A stretch of DNA of 63,369 nucleotides, counting the filler, from Candidatus Tectimicrobiota bacterium (GTDB taxonomy: Bacteria; JACPSX01): assembly GCA_016193065.1 (NCBI GenBank). It is 7 parts of 7 records of this genome, joined end to end, with 100 filler letters (N's around TTAATTAATTAA, not from the genome) between each part and the next. Parts side by side here need not be neighbours in the genome. Positions count along the whole stretch, not along the records: positions 23,649 to 45,413 come from JACPSX010000092.1; 6 more parts are not named here. One strand, 5' to 3'. Made by a program: the position numbers and the translations under genes. Under the pieces are notes generated by a model. The model saw nothing but the letters and a program-made list of their open reading frames with translations, was not told the origin of the DNA and ran no database searches. Shown here one piece after another: positions 31,326-39,402 of the stretch. Numbering within the stretch: the first letter of the stretch is position 1; each line of letters opens with the position of its first letter.

Positions 31326-33584
31326 ATGATTGATCGCAGAGGGTTTATCAAAGTTGGGGTCGGCGGGGCGGGAATGCTGGCCCTGGGGGAAATGCTCCCC
31401 CTGGCCAGCCTCGGCCAGGAGCTCAAGCCCGGGGGTGAGGGGGTCTCGCGCACCACGGGCAAGTCCCGGGTGGCTATCCCCAGCACCTGCTTTCAATGCG
31501 CGGCGGGCTGCGGCATCCTGGGCTATGTGGACACGAGCTCCGGGCGGCTGGTGAAAATCGAGGGAAACCCGTTGCACCCGAACAACCGGGGCAAGCTCTG
31601 CGCCCGGGGCCAGGCCGGCACCAATCTGGTCTCCAATCCGGACCGCCTCCTGTTCCCCCTCAAGCGCGCGGGCAAGCGCGGGGAGATGCGCTGGGAGCAG
31701 ATTTCCTGGGAGCAGGCAATTCAGGAGATCTCGACAAAGCTCCAGGATCTCAAGAAGAAAGGGCAGGCGGACCGCTTCATCCTGCAGGGAAATTTCAAGG
31801 CCAAGGAGAATGCCACGCTGAACTTCGTGCGGCGCTTCCTGCACGCCTACGGAGCATCTTCGGACACGTTGGAAACTTCCCTGGGAGGCGCCAGCCGGGA
31901 AACTGCCTCGCTCCTCACCTACGGTGAAGACGTGGTGATTCCCGACATCGGCCGCAGCAAGTACATCCTCAACTTTGGAGGCAATCCTTACGAGGCCTAC
32001 CTTTTTCATCTGCCCCTCATCCAGCGCCTCAACGAGGCTCGCCTGAACGGCGCCCGTCTGGTCACCTTCGACGTGCGCATCTCGAACACCTCGGGGCGCA
32101 GCGATGAGTGGTACCCGATCACTCCGGGCTCCGACAGCTTGGTGGCCATGGCCATGGCCCGCACGATCATCGAGGAAGGACTGCACGACCGGGAGTTTTT
32201 AGAAAAGTGGACCAATTTCCCCCTGGTCCATCTGCGCCGCCACCTGGAGCCTTACACACCTGAAGCCGCCGAAAAGGTCAGCGGAGTGCCGGCAGCGGTG
32301 ATCCGGCGGCTGGCCCGCGAGTTCGCCACCACCCGGCCGGCGGTGACGCTTACGGGACGCGGGGTTTCCATGCGGCAACAGGGAACACAGAACGAGCGCT
32401 GCATCGCGCTCTTAAACGCCGTGGTGGGCAACATCGACGTGCCCGGCGGCTCCTGTTTCCCCAGGCGGGCCGAGATCCCGGACCTTTCTCCAATGCCTTC
32501 CAAAACCGGCCGGACATCCCCCTTCCGCCACAACAACCTGTTCCCGGACATTGCCCGAGGGAAGATCAAGGTCGGAGTCTACGTGGCCTACACTGCCAAC
32601 CCCGTTTACGCCTCTCCCGACTCGGGGACCATTACCGAGATCCTCAAAAATGAGAGGCTCATTCCCTACTCGATCGCAGTGGACACGTTCATGAGCGAGA
32701 CCGCGATCCTGTGCGACCTGGTGCTGCCCGACGCCACCTACCTTGAGCGCTGGGATCTGGAATCAGGCCCCAGCTTCGAGCTGGTCCCGTACGTGAGTTT
32801 GCGCCAGCCCCTTGTCGCACCTCCTCCCAAGGTAAAGCCATTTACCGAGGTGTGCCTGGAGCTGGCGCGCCAGATTCCCGGGGTCGAGCCGTTTTTCCCC
32901 TACCGGAGTTTCGAGGACTACCTGGAGAAGGTGGTGCAGAGGATCGACGGCCTGGCCCGGGCCGGCGGGTTTGAAACCCTGAAGCAAAAAGGGGTGTGGT
33001 TTGACGAGAAGGCGAAACCCCGCTTCCGGCAGTACCGGGAAAAAGGGTTCAAGACCGCCTCGCGCCGCTTCGAAGTCTACTCCGAAGCCATGCACCGCCA
33101 GGGGTTCGCGGGCTTGCCCAGCTATGAGCCCGAAAAAAACGGGCGCACGAACGGCCGCCTCATGCTCGCCACCTTCAAGGGGAACGTGCGCGGGGGCTCG
33201 CGCACCGCGCCCTGTAAATGGCTCGCCGAGATCCAGCACGACAACCCCCTGTGGCTCCATCCCCAAACGGCCGCGGCGCTGAACGTGCGCGAGGGGGATC
33301 GGGTGCACCTGAAGACGGCGAACGGCACGGTGACCCAGAAGGTGCGCATCAGCCAGGGGGTTCACCCCCAAGTGGTCGCCTGCTCGGAAGGGTTCGGCCA
33401 CTGGGGACACGGCCGCATTGCCCGGGGCAAGCGCTTCAAGAGCAGCGACCCGGACACCCGTCTGGTCTGGTGGGAGGGGCACGGCAGCGGAGTGTATCTA
33501 AATGCCATCGTCCCTAAGAAAGAAGACCCGGTGAGCCAGGAATATGCCTGGATGGAAACCGAAGTCGAAGTAGCCAAAGTCTAG
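31326..33584 (+). CDS. Tat-exported molybdopterin oxidoreductase catalytic subunit (Psr/Ttr/Arr-like clade)
   Basis: DRRGFIK Tat motif; CFQCAAGC...KLCARG Fe-S motif; DTFMSETA..DLVLPDATYLER; C-terminal dinucleotide-binding domain. Confidence 0.93.
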   Translation: MIDRRGFIKVGVGGAGMLALGEMLPLASLGQELKPGGEGVSRTTGKSRVAIPSTCFQCAAGCGILGYVDTSSGRLVKIEGNPLHPNNRGKLCARGQAGTNLVSNPDRLLFPLKRAGKRGEMRWEQISWEQAIQEISTKLQDLKKKGQADRFILQGNFKAKENATLNFVRRFLHAYGASSDTLETSLGGASRETASLLTYGEDVVIPDIGRSKYILNFGGNPYEAYLFHLPLIQRLNEARLNGARLVTFDVRISNTSGRSDEWYPITPGSDSLVAMAMARTIIEEGLHDREFLEKWTNFPLVHLRRHLEPYTPEAAEKVSGVPAAVIRRLAREFATTRPAVTLTGRGVSMRQQGTQNERCIALLNAVVGNIDVPGGSCFPRRAEIPDLSPMPSKTGRTSPFRHNNLFPDIARGKIKVGVYVAYTANPVYASPDSGTITEILKNERLIPYSIAVDTFMSETAILCDLVLPDATYLERWDLESGPSFELVPYVSLRQPLVAPPPKVKPFTEVCLELARQIPGVEPFFPYRSFEDYLEKVVQRIDGLARAGGFETLKQKGVWFDEKAKPRFRQYREKGFKTASRRFEVYSEAMHRQGFAGLPSYEPEKNGRTNGRLMLATFKGNVRGGSRTAPCKWLAEIQHDNPLWLHPQTAAALNVREGDRVHLKTANGTVTQKVRISQGVHPQVVACSEGFGHWGHGRIARGKRFKSSDPDTRLVWWEGHGSGVYLNAIVPKKEDPVSQEYAWMETEVEVAKV

Positions 33585-33594
33585 GGAGAAAAAA

Positions 33595-34161
33595 ATGAAC
33601 CTTCACATCCCTCACCGCTGGCGCGGTCCTATCCTCCTGGGAGGAGTGGCCGCGGTGGTTTTCGGCATAGTCGGTACTCTGTCCCTGATCCGCTACTCCT
33701 CCGGCAACCCCAGCTTCTGCCTGACCTGCCACGGCCAGGGACCCACCGCGCTGGCCGTCTCCAACACGGGGCATACTGCCAAGATCCCCTGCATCGGCTG
33801 CCACGGCAAGGCCAAGTTCCCCATCGCCCAGGGCTTCCCCCAGAGCTTCTCAGCAGACCCCGCGGACGTGGATAAGAAGTGCCACAGTTGCCACAAAGAA
33901 GTGGGAGATGGCGAGCCCCGGGTCATGCGAGCAAATGTACAAGGGATCAACATCCCCCACAAGCTCCACGTGAGCGGCATGGGAGTCGCCTGCGTGCAGT
34001 GTCACGTGAACATCGCCCACGACGCCAAGGCCCAGCCCACGAACCGGCCTCCCATGGCGGTCTGTTCCAGTTGCCACAATGTCCAGGAAAAATGCGATAG
34101 CTGTCACCGCAAGGAGCCCACGGCCATGGCTCCGGCAGGCTCAGGCGGATCGGCGGGGTAG
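33595..34161 (+). CDS. Membrane-anchored hexaheme cytochrome c
   Basis: N-terminal TM helix; CLTCH, CIGCH, CHSCH, CVQCH, CSSCH and CDSCH. Confidence 0.92.
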   Translation: MNLHIPHRWRGPILLGGVAAVVFGIVGTLSLIRYSSGNPSFCLTCHGQGPTALAVSNTGHTAKIPCIGCHGKAKFPIAQGFPQSFSADPADVDKKCHSCHKEVGDGEPRVMRANVQGINIPHKLHVSGMGVACVQCHVNIAHDAKAQPTNRPPMAVCSSCHNVQEKCDSCHRKEPTAMAPAGSGGSAG

Positions 34162-34269
34162 CTGAACTTGGAGCCGTAGGCATCCGGGTGCCAACGATCA
34201 TTGCCCACGTTTTCCACTACCTACGCTGAACGGAAACAATCACCGTAGCATTAATCCGGACGAAGCCAT

Positions 34270-34329
34270 CGCGCCTTCGGCATCAACTGCACGGCTCCCG
34301 GCTGCGGCTGCTGCATGCCTTCGTTAAGC
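34270..34329 (-). other. Degenerate attC-like site
   Basis: Minus strand GCTTAAC (RYYYAAC) 14 nt after a stop codon, then GGCAT[G]CAGCAGC...GCAGTTGATGCC stem with an extra base; terminal GTTRRRY missing. Confidence 0.5.
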
Positions 34330-34342
34330 ACCCACAAGCGGT

Positions 34343-34612
34343 CTATAGACCGCTGGCGAAAGTTTTTGCGAGTTTTACGACCGCGCCACTGACCTTGCCG
34401 ATCTTCTCAATCAACTCCGCCTTCTTGGAGTTCTCATCTGCCGTGGAATTTACGATTCGCAGCAGTTCAACCAGCTCGTCCCTGTCGCTCTTTGTTGGAA
34501 ACAGGGCCTTGATTTCCGCGACCGTGAGACTCGTGTAGCTGGAGAGCTCCTCGCCAAATTCCGCCTTTGTCTCTTTACTAGCAAGTTCGCCGATCTTACT
34601 TTTCTTTGGCAT
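34343..34612 (-). CDS. Hypothetical protein (89 aa)
   Basis: GGAGG RBS; helical and charged; co-oriented with the upstream lipoprotein. Confidence 0.75.
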   Translation of the reverse strand: MPKKSKIGELASKETKAEFGEELSSYTSLTVAEIKALFPTKSDRDELVELLRIVNSTADENSKKAELIEKIGKVSGAVVKLAKTFASGL

Positions 34613-34640
34613 CGCATCCTCCCCAGATTTCTTGTGAAAT

Positions 34641-35258
34641 TCAATTGGAAAGTCCGGATATCTTCTCCTTCGCCTTTTCTATCGCTTTGTCGACCGCCTT
34701 TTCCACAGAGTCTAACGAGAGCCCGGGATTGACCGCATCAAGCAGGCGGCCAATAGCCTCCCGGTGAGCCGCGTCCAGCTTTTCAAGGCTGTTGATCCAT
34801 CCGCCAACTGCTTCATGAGCAGCGATTGCATGACGGTACTCGCGAGATATGGCGTCCCGCAGATCCTTTCGGATGTTTTCGATTGGTGCGATTTCAGTTT
34901 GGTACTCAGCCACAAGGTCGCTGTAGAGCAACTGGAAATCGCGGTTTTCATCGTAATCACGGCCATACGCGGCTTTGAACGCCACTCGCCAGTGTTTCAG
35001 GTACGCCGGACCGTAATTCTTGAAGAAGAATGACTCGAAGACCGATATCTTCTGATCCACATACGCATCCACCATAGCTGTGTGGGACTGCTGGAGCGAG
35101 TTAATGATTTCAAGCTCCTTCTTGTGCGTCTGGGCAATTTGCGGAGGCACAGAAGCACAGCCGCTCGATAGAGATAGGGCGAGGGCGAGGGTTACCCAGC
35201 GAAATCTCATTACACGCACTCCTGGTATCGGCCTGGATGCCTTACGTATTGTGTTCAT
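34641..35258 (-). CDS. Hypothetical lipoprotein
   Basis: Hydrophobic signal ending SSGC; true start may be GTG/ATG near 35210. Confidence 0.75.
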   Translation of the reverse strand: MNTIRKASRPIPGVRVMRFRWVTLALALSLSSGCASVPPQIAQTHKKELEIINSLQQSHTAMVDAYVDQKISVFESFFFKNYGPAYLKHWRVAFKAAYGRDYDENRDFQLLYSDLVAEYQTEIAPIENIRKDLRDAISREYRHAIAAHEAVGGWINSLEKLDAAHREAIGRLLDAVNPGLSLDSVEKAVDKAIEKAKEKISGLSN

Positions 35259-35427
35259 CTTCTACCTTTCCCTCCAGTGACCTGTAGTTTCTGCCACTCA
35301 TCTGAACGCCTAATCGGGATAGAGGAAAGCCTCGCGGCGGGCAGCCCTCGCCCTTCTCCTAGCCTTGGCTCCACGATTACCTGGTACGTGGACTTTCAAT
35401 CACTTCGCTAGTTCTGTGCCACGCTTG

Positions 35428-35486
35428 CCCACACGCTGGAATTCACCGGCCGCCTACAGGCGGTCCGTGGAATGACAGCTTAGGGT
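35428..35486 (-). other. Degenerate attC-like site
   Basis: Minus strand CCCTAAG-CTGTCATTCCACGGACCGCCTGTAGGCGGCCGGTGAATTCCAGC-GTGTGGG directly after a TGA; ~59-bp imperfect hairpin with two extra bases; both cores mutated. Confidence 0.6.
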
Positions 35487-35851
35487 CAGGTCTCCTTGGT
35501 TTCTTTTCCTAAAAGGTATCCAGCGATAGTACCCAGCAGGCCCATCACAGGAGCAATTTGCGTATCGGTGTAACCTGCGACAACGAGAAAGACAGCGACC
35601 ATCACTATGAGGATCGTCCCGAATATTCGGAGAACAGCCTCCGTATGCTTTCCGGCGCGAATCAAGTAGGTTGCGAGCAAAATTACAAGCAGGCCAAACA
35701 CCAAGACACTCGCACTGATTGTCATGGCGTCTGTAACGGACCACCATGATGACGCAGCAGTGCCAACCGGGGCGGGAGATGAAGATGTCGACAGGCCGTC
35801 GATTATTACATTCTTCTTCTGCAGTGCCAGGTTAATCTCCTCAAGTGTCAC
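35486..35851 (-). CDS. Hypothetical 3-TM membrane protein
   Basis: QIAPVMGLLGTIAGYLLGK C-terminus; translationally coupled to the upstream gene. Confidence 0.75.
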   Translation of the reverse strand: MTLEEINLALQKKNVIIDGLSTSSSPAPVGTAASSWWSVTDAMTISASVLVFGLLVILLATYLIRAGKHTEAVLRIFGTILIVMVAVFLVVAGYTDTQIAPVMGLLGTIAGYLLGKETKET

Positions 35852-36129
35852 TTTTGCCCCCCCTTAGCCTTCTTGAGATCAGCTTCCAAGAGCTTCACTT
35901 TCTCCTCAAGAAGAGCAATCTTCTCCTTCTGCGCTATTACCAAAGCGTTCAGGCGAGATATCTCGGCATCCACCTTTTGGTTTTGCTCACCAGGAAACTG
36001 CTTCTTATGCCCTCCAGGATCCGCGTCACTGAATCGGCCGGGCATCTGCTGAGCGCCAACTGATAAGGTGAAGAGAACGAGCGTTACAGCTATAAACGCA
36101 ATGCGAAGCACGGCAATCCTCCTTTCCAT
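35848..36129 (-). CDS. Hypothetical secreted coiled-coil protein
   Basis: MERRIAVLRIAFIAVTLVLFTLSVGA signal followed by heptad repeats. Confidence 0.65.
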   Translation of the reverse strand: MERRIAVLRIAFIAVTLVLFTLSVGAQQMPGRFSDADPGGHKKQFPGEQNQKVDAEISRLNALVIAQKEKIALLEEKVKLLEADLKKAKGGQK

Positions 36130-36443
36130 GGATAGGCTGCAGCCTTTTGCAGCCCTCACGCTAGGCCCCAGATACCACAACGGACGTTGACAGACAGATG
36201 CCGGGCCCGGCAACCGATCCTCCGGGCTGCGGAGCGCTCCCGGATCGGAGTTCAGGGCATACGGGCAGATCAACTGGGCCATCCCAGCTGCCCATCCAGC
36301 AGAAAGTGTTGGGCCGATGAAATTCAGGACTTCCGAAAACCGGCATACCCTTGCCCCCCTCCAGGGACAGGAAGCCTATCCGGAGAACCACCAAAGAAAT
36401 GACCTATGAGAATGCCGGATCTTACTTCGGGGTGGCGCGGGCG

Positions 36444-36719
36444 TCAAGGAAAAATTCCCGCCCCAACAGGAACTTGGAAGGCAAGCTGCTTTAGCAGGAA
36501 GTCCCGAGGTGGATCAAAGTCTCCTCTGACCAGCCGCTCCCAGAGGTCCGGAACCGGTTCCAGGCGATCCAACGGGAAGGTCTCCAGCTTTTGCCCGTCC
36601 AGACCTTCAAAGACCACATCCGCCCGATAGAGTCCTAAGGATTTCGCGACCCGGAGAACCTCTCCAACGCCGAGATCCGCCCGGCCGTAGATCCGAACCC
36701 GCTGGTTAACCCGGGGCAT
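36444..36719 (-). pseudogene. Truncated N-terminus resembling SNF2/RapA-like helicases
   Basis: QRVRIYGRADLGVGEV SH3/Tudor-like start; ORF ends abruptly after ~90 aa. Confidence 0.45.
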
Positions 36720-36759
36720 TATTGAGTTCACTATCTCTTCCAAAGTCTCTACGTTTCGA

Positions 36760-36933
36760 TTACTCGTTGGGACCACTCAGTGCGTCAAGAAAGGCGCGGG
36801 CTCGAATCACAGAGATGCCAGCAAATGTTCCCAGACCCAGAAGGTGGTGATCGCCAGAGACGATATACGTGGCTCCGGAGACCTGAGCCGTTTCAAGGAA
36901 TTTATCGATGTTGGTGTCCAGGACAACCTTCAC
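36760..36933 (-). pseudogene. PIN-family toxin with large internal deletion
   Basis: MKVVLDTNI joined directly to DKFLETA...YIVSGDHHLL: both PIN end motifs in only 57 aa; not in the ORF track. Confidence 0.8.
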
Positions 36934-37185
36934 TTAAGCGCCCGCGTGGAGAATTTCATCTACCAGTGCCTCGCGCTCTTCCTCCGTAAGTCGGGAAAAG
37001 TCCAGTCCTCGGTCGCGGCAGATGGTCTCAATCTTTTCCCGGTTTCGATCCACCAGACGGTCGAGCCTTTCCAGGCCGCCAATAAGCTTGGCGAGTGCGA
37101 GCCGTCTGGCCGCCGGAGAAAGCTGCTCCAGGGCAATCAGAATTTGCTCCTCGTTTACCTCAATCTTCGGCATTGTCTCCTCCAT
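36934..37185 (-). CDS. Putative antitoxin
   Basis: About 80 aa with an acidic C-terminus, abutting the PIN gene. Confidence 0.65.
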   Translation of the reverse strand: MEETMPKIEVNEEQILIALEQLSPAARRLALAKLIGGLERLDRLVDRNREKIETICRDRGLDFSRLTEEEREALVDEILHAGA

Positions 37186-37259
37186 ATCTCACCGAGGGCG
37201 CTTTGACCAAGCGCCTGGAGAATAAGTCAGAAGTCAATTTGCCCTCGTCAGGAATGAGC

Positions 37260-37448
37260 CTACGGATGTACCATCCAACTGATGAATCGTAACTGTATAT
37301 CCGGCTTGCCTGGCCCGATGCCGCTTGCCGCGCATTCCGCTTGCGAAATCATATTCGGCACGCATCCCGTTATCTTTCCTTCGGGCCGCGTTAGGCGGTA
37401 CTTTAGGAAGCGCCGGGCCTTGTGGATCAAGCCTTTCCGTTCAATCAT
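37260..37448 (-). pseudogene. Probable HEPN toxin, only N-terminus left
   Basis: ATGA-coupled to the MNT gene; MIERKGLIHKARRFLK resembles a HEPN first helix, then degenerates. Confidence 0.45.
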
Positions 37449-37801
37449 GCGGCCTTACCTTCCCGGCGCACGTTGCGCCAGAAAGGGCCGTCGCCGTTCT
37501 TGAAAGTCCGTTCATGTACGGGGAGAACCGACAGGAGCACTCCGTATCGCAGGTTAAAATCGGCCAGCAGGTCGGCAATCCGGTCAATCTCTTTTGAAGG
37601 CCGGATCTCCCCCCGCAGGATCAACAAAAGGTCAACGTCTGATTCATCGTGAGCCCGACCGCGGGCCTGGGAGCCATAAAACCAGAGGTTCACAAAGTTT
37701 CCCCCATATCGTTCTTTGAGTGCATGCGCAAGCTCCCGAAGAATCTCCTTGAGAGATGGCCGGCTACTCTTCACGTGCCTGGATCTTGCCACAACAAGCA
37801 T
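37445..37801 (-). CDS. Minimal nucleotidyltransferase (MNT antitoxin)
   Basis: YGSQARG...SDVDLL motif. Confidence 0.88.
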   Translation of the reverse strand: MLVVARSRHVKSSRPSLKEILRELAHALKERYGGNFVNLWFYGSQARGRAHDESDVDLLLILRGEIRPSKEIDRIADLLADFNLRYGVLLSVLPVHERTFKNGDGPFWRNVRREGKAA

Positions 37802-37898
37802 CCCCCCCTAGTGATGATCACTTCCCAACACGATTCCCGCAGCCGTCCGTTCCCACATTCCAACGAGGAACAATCTGCGAACATAATCCTTTGAAACA

Positions 37899-37927
37899 AC
37901 TCTATTTCCTTGTCCACGCAATGTCAA
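37899..37927 (-). promoter_or_regulatory. Sigma70-type promoter heading module 1
   Basis: Minus strand TTGACA-ttgcgtggacaaggaaa-TAGAGT (17-nt spacer). Confidence 0.75.
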
Positions 37928-37959
37928 GGCTGATTACCGCGGCCCTCTGCGGAGGAACT

Positions 37960-38067
37960 ATGTGCCGCCATTTCGGTGGTCACAACGTCCAGGAGAGCTG
38001 CAAGAAATGCCACCGCAAGGAGCCCACGGCCCTGGCCCCTGCGGCATCGGGCAGTTCGGCGGGATAA
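37960..38067 (+). CDS. Possible 35-aa CxxCH mini-ORF inside repeat B
   Basis: GGAGG RBS, then MCRHFGGHNVQESCKKCHRKEPTALAPAASGSSAG*. Confidence 0.4.
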   Translation: MCRHFGGHNVQESCKKCHRKEPTALAPAASGSSAG

Positions 38068-38151
38068 CGGGAAAGGAGATGATGCCCCGGGCTCGCCGCA
38101 GCCCGCCATCGGCTACAGGCCGAGGCCATGCAGCAAGGCAGACCTCCAGCG

Positions 38152-38352
38152 CTACCCGGCCTTCTTCTTCGCGATCAGTTCGCGGACTGCCGGTACCAGA
38201 TCCACCGGGACCTCCATGACCGTGTGCGTCGTGGCCTCGTAGGCCGCCTCATCTTCGGCCACAGCCTCCTCGTCGGTCTGGCTCTCGTAGTGCTCAAGGA
38301 CGCGGCGGACCCGCTCCTCATCCCAACCAGGGGAAAACTTCGACTGTTTCAT
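38152..38352 (-). CDS. Small acidic hypothetical protein (antitoxin-like)
   Basis: GAGGAG RBS; MKQSKFSPGWDEERVRRVLEHYESQTDEEAVAEDEAA. Confidence 0.75.
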   Translation of the reverse strand: MKQSKFSPGWDEERVRRVLEHYESQTDEEAVAEDEAAYEATTHTVMEVPVDLVPAVRELIAKKKAG

Positions 38353-38499
38353 CGCTTTCTCCTCGTCGCCGCCTCCGCCCGCGCAGCCAGCCCACTGTCG
38401 TCTCACGATCTCCCTGGTCTCACGCTGGTCGGCTGCAGGCATTTAGCCGGCCATCGCAGCGCGCCGACATTACTGGCTCTAAACCTCGCGAGTTGCTGA

Positions 38500-39402
38500 T
38501 CACGGGTAGGGCCCAAGGAATCGTTCTCCGTTGAAATGGATCATGTGGTCAGGCGCGTCCGCAACCCACACCTCAGTTTCCCACACAATCTCCCCCAGGT
38601 ACTTGAGCAGCCCACGACGATCGAGGAAGGCAGTCACGAAGACCAGCCCTGCTCTGCTGCCCGAGAAGAGGGACTTCAATTCTGACAACCGCTTTGGGTT
38701 CACCGGCCCGTGGCTCGTCACGGCCTCAACCACGACAAGCCAGTTCTTGTCCGTATAGCGCACCACGACGTCTGGCATCTTGCCGTGTTCCCGAACAACG
38801 ACACTCAGTGAGCGTAAGCCGTCCTCATCGAAGTAGGCCCACTTTTTCTTTGTGTCTCCCACATATAATGGCCTCGCGCTTGGTGTAAAGCGGGGGCAGA
38901 ACTCGTCGATGATTTGGCGGACAAGCGCATTCTGCCCACCGGGCGACAGATCAATCGTCACCCCAGCAGCGAGGACGAGAGGGATACGGCGCATGCTTCG
39001 GGCCTGGGCGTAGCGCTGGGCAAGCGTCCGAATGTCCACAAGGTAGCGCCTCAGCGCGGCAACCCATTTCGTAGTTCCGAAGGTCCGGATGACTGCGAGC
39101 GCATGTGGCTCGATCTGGTAGCAATAGTTCGGGCTGTTTGTGGGTCGGTCAGGCTCATCGGGATTCGCAACAACCAATCCTGCTTGTTCAAATTGATGGA
39201 GGGTAAACCGCCGAACGGTCTCGCGTGTGTTTGGTGCCCACTTCTTTCGGTAGTGCTTCGCTGCGAACTCCATAATGGGCGTTACTCCCATCATGGGATT
39301 TGCTGCCTCCGACCAAGCCTTCGTCGGTGTGAGATCGACGAGGGCCAGCAGAGTGAGGGCGGCGCGAGCGCAAACCCAGCGTGTCAACAACCACAGCGTC
39401 AA
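38500..39402 (-). CDS. BsuBI/PstI-family type II restriction endonuclease (true N-terminus missing)
   Basis: APNTRETVRRFTLHQF, LSPGGQN, HGKMPDVV, EAVTSHGP and WETEVW motifs. Confidence 0.92.
   Translation of the reverse strand: MTLWLLTRWVCARAALTLLALVDLTPTKAWSEAANPMMGVTPIMEFAAKHYRKKWAPNTRETVRRFTLHQFEQAGLVVANPDEPDRPTNSPNYCYQIEPHALAVIRTFGTTKWVAALRRYLVDIRTLAQRYAQARSMRRIPLVLAAGVTIDLSPGGQNALVRQIIDEFCPRFTPSARPLYVGDTKKKWAYFDEDGLRSLSVVVREHGKMPDVVVRYTDKNWLVVVEAVTSHGPVNPKRLSELKSLFSGSRAGLVFVTAFLDRRGLLKYLGEIVWETEVWVADAPDHMIHFNGERFLGPYP

Larger units (their letters stand above)
37892..38067 (+). repeat. 176-bp junction repeat, copy B (promoter + spacer + cytochrome 3'-end duplicate)
   Basis: Colinear with 40953-41128; 37981-38067 matches 34075-34161. 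Confidence 0.95.
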
